Source: Rebecca billardiae RCC1528
Taxonomy: Eukaryota > Protista > Haptophyta
DNA length: 64,000 nucleotides
Direction of reading: 5' to 3'
Assembly (NCBI GenBank): GCA_965240325.2
Contig: OZ251224.1
Location: forward strand, 372,001 to 436,000
The notes under the pieces were generated by a model that saw only the letters and a list, made by a program, of their open reading frames with translations, was not told where the DNA came from and searched no databases. Positions 22,528-33,155 of this stretch are shown in pieces; the first letter of the stretch is position 1; each line of letters opens with the position of its first letter. A program made the position numbers and the translations under genes.

Positions 22528-25500
22528 CGCGCGCGCGCGCGCGCGCGCGATCCGCCTCGCGCGCGCAGCTCGACCGGCGGCAGCTGTCGGGCGCTTCCCT
22601 GGGCGAGCTGCGGCTGGACCTGCCGCTGTACGCGCACACGCCCGTGGTCGACGCGCGCTGCGTGTGTGTCGCGCAGCTGGTGTTCAGCGTGCTGAGGCCG
22701 GGGCTGGAGGTGGGCGAGCAGAGCGGCGGCTGGGCGCTGCTGCCGCTCTTCGAGGGCGCGGCGCGGGCGCGGCAGCCCGCCGGCGCGGCGGTGCGCTCGG
22801 GCGCGCCGCCCGACGCCGGCGTCGGGCCCGACGCCCCCGCCGAGGCGCACGTGCCGTTGTACGACGGCTCCGCCGCCGCGCTGCTGCTCGCCGAAGGGCC
22901 GTACCCGTGGGGGGCGGCGGGCGGCGCGGCCGCGCCCTTCCGCGCGCTCGGCGGCGCGCGGCTGGCGTACTCGGTGCGCGCGCACCCGGTGCTGCTCGGG
23001 CCGGCGGGCTGCGCGCACCTCATGTCGCCGAGCGTACTCTACCCGGGCGAGCGCGCGCCGCCCGGCGTGCAGCAGGCGCCGGCCGCGCGCGCGCCCGCCT
23101 CCGGCGCTGCGCGCTCTGCGCTCGAGGCGCCGCGCCTCGCCAGCACGTTCGCGCTGGCGGTGGGCGTGGAGCTGCTCGTGCTGCCCGCGCAGCTGCTCGA
23201 GGCGCTCGGCGCGGCCGCGCGCGACGAGGCGCGCGCGCGCGCCGGCGGTGTCCCGCCCGGCTCGAGCTCTCGGCTCACGCTCGGCGCGCGCGGCGCGCGC
23301 TCGAGCGGAGCCGCGGCCGCGCCGGGCGCGGGCGCTGCCGGCGGCGGCGGCGGCGAGTGGACGGTGGGCTCGTACGCGCTGGCGCTGACGCTGCACAACG
23401 GGCACGTCGCGGTGGGCGAGCGCCGGCTGCTCGCGCTCGATGCGGAGCCGTACGACCCCGGCGGCGCCGCCGACGCCGCCGGCGCGTCGACGCGCGCGCA
23501 GCGGCGCGCGGGCGGCGCCGCCTCGGCTGCCGAGCGCGCTCCGAGCGCGCCCCGCCTGCTCGCGCTCACGCCGCGCGCGGGCGTGGACGACGGCGAGGTG
23601 GAGCTTCCCGGCGCGTTCGCGTCGAAGCACCTCGCCATCGCCTTCGAGCTGGAGGCCACGCTCACCCCGCCGCCGCCGCCGCCGGCCGACGCGGGCGCGG
23701 CGCGGCGCGGCGCGGCCGCTCCGGCGGCCGCGCCGCCCGCCGCGCCGCGCGCCGTCCTTCTGGCCGAGGGCCTTCTCGTGCCGTTCACGGGCGCGACGAT
23801 GCTGTGCGCGCACGGCACGCGCGTGCCGCTGGTGTTCGGCCCCGGCGTCAGCCGCTCCTCCTCGCGCGTGCTCGCCGCGCCCACCGCCGCCGCGGCGCGC
23901 GCCGCGCCCGCGCCCGCGCCGTCGGCCGTTGGACTTTTTGTGAGCGTCGGCCCTCGGGAGGTGCAGGCGTTTTCGCGCAGCCTGCCGGCGGTGCTGTCGA
24001 AGGAGAACGGAGTGCCGCCCGCGGAGGCGCAGGCCGTGGGCGCGCGCCTGCGCGCGGACGCCGCCACCGCGCGCGCCGACGCGCAGCGCGCCGCCGCGCC
24101 GCCGCCGGGCGGCGGCGGCGCGCGCGCCGATCGCTCGGCGGCGGCGTACGTCGCGCTCGGCGGCGGCCGCGTCGGCGCGCGCGCCGAGCCGCCGAGCTCG
24201 GAGGCGGAGCAGGCGGTGGCGACGCTGCAGCGCGCGTTCCGCGCGAAGCGCGGCGGCGGGGGCACGGCCGCGCAGTTCCGCGCGACGCGCGCGCGCGCGG
24301 GCGGGCTGATGCGCGCGTACACGGGCGAGCACGGCCGCGCGGCGTTTGGCGCGTGGCGCGAGCTCACGCGCGCGCTCGCGGCCGAGCGCGCGCGCACCTC
24401 CATCACGCTGCGCGCGCGCGACGTGACGCTGAGCGACGCGCTGGTGCCGTCGGCGGGGAGCGTGTACCTCGAGGCGGAGATCCCGACGCTCCGCTTCCCC
24501 GTGCGCTCCGCCCGCGTCCGCGCCGCGCGCGGCCCGCTCCCCCTCTCCTTCTCCGAGGAGGTCGCGCTGCTGGACGGCACGCGCCCGATGCGCGAGGCGA
24601 GCGCGGCGCTGGCGCGCGCCGACCCGTCGGAGCTCGACCTCGTGCTGCGGCTGTGCACGGCGCGCGGCGGGGCGGAGGGCGCGGGCGAGGCGCGCGGCGA
24701 GGCGCTCGTCTCGCTGTGGCAGCTCCTCCGCGCGCGCCGCGACGCCGTCGACCAGCACGTCCGCTTCGTCGACGGCGGCAGCGGGCGGCAGGTCGGCACG
24801 GCGCGGGTGTCCGTGGTGTGCGTGGCCGCGCTGCTGCGCGCGGCCGAGCACGCCGCTGCGGCCGTGCAGCCGGGCCTCGCGTCGGACCCGACGCTGGGCG
24901 CGCGGCTGCGCGGCGGCGCGCTCGAGCCGAGCACGCCGCTCACGCTCTCGCCCGCGCCCGGCCTCGCCGCCCCGTACGCCACCGCCGCCGGCCGCGCCGA
25001 GCTCGTCTCGCGCGCGCGCGAGCTCGACGCCTCGCGCGCCGCACCGCTCTCGCGCGCCGAGCGCGCACTCATCTGGGAGCTGCTGGAGGAGGGCGCGCGC
25101 CAGCCGGGGAGGTACGGGCCGGCGGAGGCGGGGACGCTGGGCGCGCTGGAGCACTGGTCGGAGGACGTGCGGCACGAGGTGCTCCTCCACTTCACCGCCT
25201 TCCTCCCGGCGCACTCGCAGCAGCAGCAGCGGCGCGCGGGCGCAGACGGCTCAGACGACGCGGCCGCGGCCGCGGACGAGGGCGCGGCGGGCGGGCCTGC
25301 GCGCGCGCCTCGCTCCGTGTACCTCACGCTGCAGTTCTACGACCACCAGCCGTGCACGACGCCGCGCGCGCTCGTCGCGCCCGCGGACGGCGCGGTGCCC
25401 GCCGCCGAGCTCGCGCGCCTCGGCGCCGCCGAGGCGCAGCCGCTACCGGCCGCGCTGCCGGCCGCGCGCGCAGGTGACGGGCTCCGGCCGAGCTCGGCCG

Positions 25501-28500
25501 CGGCGGTGGGCGGCGGCGTTGGCTATGTGGACGGCGCGACGGCGGCGCGCGCGGGGCAGGCCGCCGACCCGCTGCTCGCGCTCGCGACGGGCGGCGGAGG
25601 CGCCGCGCCCGCCGCGCAGCCGGCCGCCGACCCTTTGCTCGCGCTCGCCACCGGCGGAGGCGGAGGCGGCGGCGCGCCGCCCGCCGCCGCGTCCGCCGCC
25701 GACCCTTTGCTCGCGCTCGCCACCGGAGGCGGCGCGCAGCCCGGCGCGCCGCCGCCCGCCGACCCGCTGCTCGCGCTCGCCACCGGCGGCGGTGGCGGCG
25801 GCCCCGGCGCGCAGCCGGGCGCGGACCCGCTGCTCGCGCTCGCCACCGGCGGCGGTGGCGGCGCCGGCGCCGGCGCGGACCCGCTCCTCGCCGCGGCGAC
25901 CGGCGCGGCCGGCGCCGGCGCGCCCGCAGACCCGCTCGCGGACGAGGCGCGGCGCGCGCGCTCGGATCGGCTGCGCGCCGGCGGCGCGCCCGTGGCGGCG
26001 GCGGCGGCGGCGGCGCCGTCCGCCGCGGCGGCGGCGCTGATGCACGACAGCCGCGGCATGCGCGCGCCGCGCGGCGAGCGCGGCGCCGGCCTGCTCTGGG
26101 CGTACGACCGCTCGCGCGCGCGCGAGGGCGTGGGCCTGATGGTTCGTTTCACGGTCGAGCCGCCCGCGCCGCCGGACGCGGACGCGGAGGGCGCTCGCGA
26201 GTGGCGCGCGCGCGCCGCGCGCCGGTTCGCGGCGTACCTCGAGTCGCGCACGCTGTCGGTGGACGTGTGGGACGGGGACAGCCTGCTGCTGCTCGGCACG
26301 GCGCGCGTGCCCCTCGCGCCGCTGCTGCAGCCCGGCGCCTCCGAGCACGCGGGCTCGGCCGTGACCAAGCACTATGCGGCAGCGCACGTGCTCGCGTCCG
26401 CCTCGCTCCGCGCAGATGAGCCGCCGCCGCCCGCCGCGCGGCGCGCGGACGCGCGCGCCGCGCCGGTGGGCAGCGTGGGCACGCTGCAGCTGATGGCGGC
26501 GCGCGTCGCCACGCGCGTCGAGCCGCCGCCCCCGCCGCCCGGCGCCGCGCCCGACCCGAGCGCCGCCCACGCCGCCGCCGCCGCTGCCAAGGAGAATCGG
26601 CGGCCGCGCGGCGGCGGCTCCTCGCGCGCGCGCGCGGGCAACAAGGTGCGCGCGCGCGGCCTCGCGCAGGCCAAGTCGGGCGCGGGCGAGGCCGCGCGCG
26701 AGCTGCTCCGCTCGCGCGGGCTGGCGGACGAGGAGGGCGCGCTGCGCCGCGCGCTGCACCGCCAGCAGCGCCACGAGCGCCTCGGGCTCGCAGGCAGCGC
26801 GGGCGGCGTACGCGCGCGCACCGCGCCCGCGCACGGCGGCAATTTTGGCGGCGCGCCCGCGCGCGCGCCGCCCGCCACGGCCGCGGCGGGCGGCGCGGCG
26901 GACCCGCTGCTCGCGCTCGCCGGAGGCGGCGGCGCGCCGCCGCCCGCCACGCCCGCCGCGGCCGACCCGCTGCTCGCGCTCGCCACCGGCGGCGGCGCGC
27001 CGCCGGCCGGCACCGCCGCCGCCGCGTCCGCCGCCGACCCTTTGCTCGCGCTCGCCACCGGAGGCGGCACGCAGCCCGGCGCGCCGCCGCCCGCCGACCC
27101 GCTGCTCGCGCTCGCCACGGGCGGCGGCGGCGTGCCGCCCACGCCCGCCGCGCCGGGCGGCGCCGACCCGCTCCTCGCGCGCGCGCTCGCCGGCGGCGCG
27201 CCGGGCTCGACCGGCCCGGCCGCGGCCGACCCGATTGTGGCGAGCGCGCGCGCGCGGAAGCAGCAGCAGCAGCAGCAGCAGCAGCGCGGCGGCGCGCGCG
27301 GCTCCGCGGGCGAGGCGACGCCGTCGACGCGGCTCGCGCCGCACGACCCGGTGCGCGCGGCGGCGCACGCGCGCGTCTCGACGGGCCAGGCCGCGCTCGC
27401 CGTGCTCGCGGAGGCGCGCGCCTCCTCCAAAGCCGCGTCCATCTCCAGGCTGCTGCGCGCGGCCACCTCCTCCGTCGCGACCGTCTTCCCCTCGTATGGC
27501 AGCGCCGAGGTGTTCGAGCTGCGCTTCCGCAACCCGTACGCGGTGGAGCACGTGTTCGCGCTCGAGGTGGAGGACGCGGGGCTGGGGAGGGAGCCGGGCG
27601 GGCCGGCCGGCGGCGCGGCGCACGAGCTTCACCTGATCACCGACGGTGCCGAGCTGCGCGCGCACTACGCGGCCGGCCGGCTGAGTGTGCCCGCAGACGC
27701 GCAGATGCTGCTGGCCGCGTCGCGGCTCTTCTTGATGCCCGCGGAGGAGGTGGCGCTGCCCTTCAAGTTCCAGACGTGGCGCGCGGCACGGCACGCGGCG
27801 CCGCCGCCGGACGGCGCGAGCGGCGGCTCACACGTGCTCGGCGCGCTGCCCTCCGCTGACGAGCGCGCGCACATCGCGCCGCGCGACATCGCCGTGCGCG
27901 TGGCCAACGCGGCGGGCGAGGTGGTGCACGCGCTCACCGTCAAGGTGCGGCCGCAGCCGTTCGCCGTCTCGCAGACGTTCCGCTTCCACGCGGCGGAGGG
28001 CGAGATGCTGCGCGCGCGCGTGAAGGTGGGGCACGCGGGCGGCGGCGCGCTCGCCGCGGCGGAGACGCCGGTCGACGCGCACGCGCACGCCGCCACCTTT
28101 TGGGCGGAGGAGGCGGTGCGCGCGGACGGCGTTGGCGGCGCGCGGCGGCAGCACTGGTGCCGCTGCTCCGACCCCGACGTGGTGGTGGGCACGGAGGAGC
28201 CGGGCGGCGGCGCCGAGGGCGACGGCGGCGCCGGCCTCGAGCCGCCCGCCGTGTACATCAAGTACCGACCGGGCCGCGCGCCCGCCCTCCAGCGCTTCCT
28301 CGTCGCGCTCTACTCGGACGTGCACCTGACGGCGCTGCGCGAGGTGTGGGAGGTGTTTGTGCACGCGCACGCGCGAAGCGAGCTCACCGCCATCGTGGGC
28401 GAGCGCACGGCGGGGCAGCTGCTGCTCAAGGCGCCCGAGGGCATGGGCGCGGCCACGTGCGCGCGCGCGCGCCGCGCGAGCGCCGCGCGCGTGTGCGTGC

Positions 28501-29401
28501 GTGCGTGCGTGTGTGCGCCTGACGCGTGTCGGCCCGCCCCGCCGCGTGCCCGCGCGCCGCCTCCCGCCCGCGCCGCCGCGCCGCCGCGCGCCCGCGCCCG
28601 CCCGCCCGCGCCGGCAGTGTCGAGTGCTTCTCCTCCGACGAGCGCGTGCTCGCCTTCCCCGCGCAGCAGCCCACCACCCTCGTGCCGGGCAACCCGCGCG
28701 CGATGCCGTTCGTCGTGCGCCCGCCCCTCGCCACCGTCTCGCCGCGCACGGACGTGGTGGTGCACGCCGTGGACACCGCGCGCCGCGCGCTCATCGGTGC
28801 GCCGCGCCGCGCCGCGCGCGCGGCCACGCGCGAGCGCGCGCGCGGATGCGCGCGTTGCTCACGTGCGCTCGCCGCGCGCGCCGTGCGCGCCCTCCGCGCG
28901 CCAGGCTCCTACCTGGTGAGCATCCGCAACGTCGTCCCCGCGGTGAGCAAGTCGTACGACGTGACCGTCGAGATCGGCCGCGGCGCGAGCAAGGTGCAGC
29001 GCGCGCGCCCGCGCGCACCGCCCGCGCGCACCGCGCCGCGCCACCACGCGCGATGCGCGCTCACGCCCCGCCCGCGCGCGCCGCGCCCGCGCGCGCCGCG
29101 CCCGCAGCGCATCGCGCTGAGCAACCCGTACAAGGCGGAGCGGCTCTTCCGGCTGCACTCGTCGCGGCCCGACCTGCTCGCTTTCAAGCAGGAGACCCTC
29201 GCCGTGCCGGTGGGCGAGTTCCGGTACATCGGGCTCAAGTTCTCACCCGACCCGGCCATCAGCGCGGGCGTGGCCGACATCCTCGTGCTCGTCAACAACC
29301 GCGACGAGAAGAACGAGGAGGCCATGCTCGTGCGCGCGTCGTTCGTGCAGCCGGGAGGGCGCGGGGGCGTGGCGGCCGCCATGCTGGACGACGGCGAGTG
29401 A
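22006..29401 (+). CDS. NPHP4: Nephrocystin-4 (ciliary transition zone), multi-exon
   Basis: VYLTLQFY...TTPR, YLESRTLSVDVWDGDSLLLLG, FELRFRNPY, QTFRFH, SKSYDV..., SNPYKAERLFRLHSSRPDLL and ILVLVNNRDEKNEEA match NPHP4 blocks as I recall them. Introns include 22168-22302 and 22414-22568. Confidence 0.9.
22485..22527 (+). repeat. (GCCCAT)n microsatellite inside NPHP4 intron 2
   Basis: About 7 tandem hexamers followed by (GC)n. Confidence 0.9.
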
Positions 29402-29937
29402 GCGACTCTCCAATGGCCCAATGTGTCTGTGACTGTCCGGACGGCGATAACTCCGCGGCCGCGCGCCGCCACGCCCACGGCCCCCGGGTACGGGCGGCAC
29501 GGCGAATGCGCGGCGCCTGACTGACTCACTAGTCACTGACTGCCCGACCTGTTCGGACGGCGCGGACACGTATATACTGTTATACGTGTCTGCTGCACTC
29601 GGCCCGGTGTAATTCGGCTGCCCGTTGCATGTAGTCACGGGGCACTACGCGGCGCATTAGTTATCAGATACTCACTACTCAGACTACATGCGCACCGCAG
29701 TACAAACAACATCACTCGTCCGATCAGCATGATACCTGTGACCGTTGTGGGCTGGCCAGGGTAGGGCTGGAGGCTTCGGCCGCCAGCCTGATCACCCGGA
29801 GCCCGTTATGGCCCGCGGTGCAGGGCGGAGCGCGTAGCGTGGAGCCCCGCCGGGGGCCCTCACTACGTTGTCAAAAAGATCTTTTGATCAAAGAAAAGGG
29901 GACGGGGGACGATTTTGAGGGCTGTTGGAGGGTGAGT

Positions 29938-30198
29938 CGGCTCTTCCGGCTGCACTCGTCGCGGCCCGACCTGCTCGCTTTCAAGCAGGAGACCCTCGCC
30001 GTGCCGGTGGGCGAGTTCCGGTACATCGGGCTCAAGTTCTCACCCGACCCGGCCATCAGCGCGGGCGTGGCCGACATCCTCGTGCTCGTCAACAACCGCG
30101 ACGAGAAGAACGAGGAGGCCATGCTCGTGCGCGCGTCGTTCGTGCAGCCGGGAGGGCGCGGGGGCGTGGCGGCCGCCATGCTGGACGACGGCGAGTGA
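29938..30198 (+). pseudogene. Duplicated last 86 codons of NPHP4 (copy 1)
   Basis: Matches 29141-29401; fused directly behind 130 bp of transposon end. Confidence 0.9.
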
Positions 30199-31611
30199 GC
30201 GACTCTCCAATGGCCCAATGTGTCTGTGACTGTCCGGACGGCGATAACTCCGCGGCCGCGCGCCGCCACGCCCACGGCCCCCGGGTACGGGCGGCACGGC
30301 GAATGCGCGGCGCCTGACTGACTCACTAGTCACTGACTGCCCGACCTGTTCGGACGGCGCGGACACGTATATACTGTTATACGTGTCTGCTGCACTCGGC
30401 CCGGTGTAATTCGGCTGCCCGTTGCATGTAGTCACGGGGCACTACGCGGCGCATTAGTTATCAGATACTCACTACTCAGACTACATGCGCACCGTCAGTA
30501 CAAACAACATCACTCGTCCGATCAGCATGATACCTGTGACCGTTGTGGGCTGGCCAGGGTAGGGCTGGAGGCTTCGGCCGCCAGCCTGATCACCCGGAGC
30601 CCGTTATGGCCCGCGGTGCAGGGCGGAGCGCGTAGCGTGGAGCCCCGCCGGGGGCCCTCACTACGTTGTCAAAAAGATCTTTTGATCAAAGAAAAGGGGA
30701 CGGGGGACGATTTTGAGGGCTGTTGGAGGGTGAGTTTTCGCTTTTTCGAGGGGTACATTGGCCCATTGCTTTGCATTAGCAAGACTCGATTGACGAAATA
30801 GCCGCGCCCGCTCCAATTCCATATCTACGGACGGACGTGAGCCTGTGGACGTGCATTTGTCAGTATATGATCTGGGGGCACTACGCGGCGCATTAGTTAT
30901 CAGATACTCACTACTCAGACTACATGCGCACCGCAGTACAAACAACATCACTCGTCCGATCAGCATGATACCTGTGACCGTTGTGGGCTGGCCAGGGTAG
31001 GGCTGGAGGCTTCGGCCGCCAGCCTGATCACCCGGAGCCCGTTATGGCCCGCGGTGCAGGGCGGAGCGCGTAGCGTGGAGCCCCGCCGGGGGCCCTCACT
31101 ACGTTGTCAAAAAGATCTTTTGATCAAAGAAAAGGGGACGGGGGACGATTTTGAGGGCTGTTGGAGGGTGAGTTTTCGCTTTTTCGAGGGGTACATTGGC
31201 CCATTGCTTTGCATTAGCAAGACTCGATTGACGAAATAGCCGCGCCCGCTCCAATTCCATATCTACGGACGGACGTGAGCCTGTGGACGTGCATTTGTCA
31301 GTATATGATCTGGGGGCACTACGCGGCGCATTAGTTATCAGATACTCACTACTCAGACTACATGCGCACCGCAGTACAAACAACATCACTCGTCCGATCA
31401 GCATGATACCTGTGACCGTTGTGGGCTGGCCAGGGTAGGGCTGGAGGCTTCGGCCGCCAGCCTGATCACCCGGAGCCCGTTATGGCCCGCGGTGCAGGGC
31501 GGAGCGCGTAGCGTGGAGCCCCGCCGGGGGCCCTCACTACGTTGTCAAAAAGATCTTTTGATCAAAGAAAAGGGGACGGGGGACGATTTTGAGGGCTGTT
31601 GGAGGGTGAGT

Positions 31612-31872
31612 CGGCTCTTCCGGCTGCACTCGTCGCGGCCCGACCTGCTCGCTTTCAAGCAGGAGACCCTCGCCGTGCCGGTGGGCGAGTTCCGGTACAT
31701 CGGGCTCAAGTTCTCACCCGACCCGGCCATCAGCGCGGGCGTGGCCGACATCCTCGTGCTCGTCAACAACCGCGACGAGAAGAACGAGGAGGCCATGCTC
31801 GTGCGCGCGTCGTTCGTGCAGCCGGGAGGGCGCGGGGGCGTGGCGGCCGCCATGCTGGACGACGGCGAGTGA
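31612..31872 (+). pseudogene. Duplicated last 86 codons of NPHP4 (copy 2)
   Basis: Matches 29141-29401. Confidence 0.9.
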
Positions 31873-33155
31873 GCGACTCTCCAATGGCCCAATGTGTCTG
31901 TGACTGTCCGGACGGCGATAACTCCGCGGCCGCGCGCCGCCACGCCCACGGCCCCCGGGTACGGGCGGCACGGCGAATGCGCGGCGCCTGACTGACTCAC
32001 TAGTCACTGACTGCCCGACCTGTTCGGACGGCGCGGACACGTATATACTGTTATACGTGTCTGCTGCACTCGGCCCGGTGTAATTCGGCTGCCCGTTGCA
32101 TGTAGTCACGGGGCACTACGCGGCGCATTAGTTATCAGATACTCACTACTCAGACTACATGCGCACCGTCAGTACAAACAACATCACTCGTCCGATCAGC
32201 ATGATACCCGTGACCGTTGTGGGCTGGCCAGGGTAGGGCTGGAGGCTTCGGCCGCCAGCCTGATCACCCGGAGCCCGTTATGGCCCGCGGTGCAGGGCGG
32301 AGCGCGTAGCGTGGAGCCCCGCCGGGGGCCCTCACTACGTTGTCAAAAAGATCTTTTGATCAAAGAAAAGGGGACGGGGGACGATTTTGAGGGCTGTTGG
32401 AGGGTGAGTTTTCGCTTTTTCGAGGGGTACATTGGCCCATTGCTTTGCATTAGCAAGACTCGATTGACGAAATAGCCGCGCCCGCTCCAATTCCATATCT
32501 ACGGACGGACGTGAGCCTGTGGACGTGCATTTGTCAGTATATGATCTGGGGGCACTACGCGGCGCATTAGTTATCAGATACTCACTACTCAGACTACATG
32601 CGCACCGCAGTACAAACAACATCACTCGTCCGATCAGCATGATACCTGTGACCGTTGTGGGCTGGCCAGGGTAGGGCTGGAGGCTTCGGCCGCCAGCCTG
32701 ATCACCCGGAGCCCGTTATGGCCCGCGGTGCAGGGCGGAGCGCGTAGCGTGGAGCCCCGCCGGGGGCCCTCACTACGTTGTCAAAAAGATCTTTTGATCA
32801 AAGAAAAGGGGACGGGGGACGATTTTGAGGGCTGTTGGAGGGTGAGTTTTCGCTTTTTCGAGGGGTACATTGGCCCATTGCTTTGCATTAGCAAGACTCG
32901 ATTGACGAAATAGCCGCGCCCGCTCCAATTCCATATCTACGGACGGACGTGAGCCTGTGGACGTGCATTTGTCAGTATATGATCTGGGGGCACTACGCGG
33001 CGCATTAGTTATCAGATACTCACTACTCAGACTACATGCGCACCGCAGTACAAACAACATCACTCGTCCGATCAGCATGATACCTGTGACCGTTGTGGGC
33101 TGGCCAGGGTAGGGCTGGAGGCTTCGGCCGCCAGCCTGATCACCCGGAGCCCGTT

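Noticed and set aside
21891-27794. Very long minus-strand ORFs (1107, 762 and 783 aa) and similar Arg/Ala-rich ORFs throughout
   Set aside because: These are shadow frames of GC-rich genes with strong codon bias; they have no motifs.
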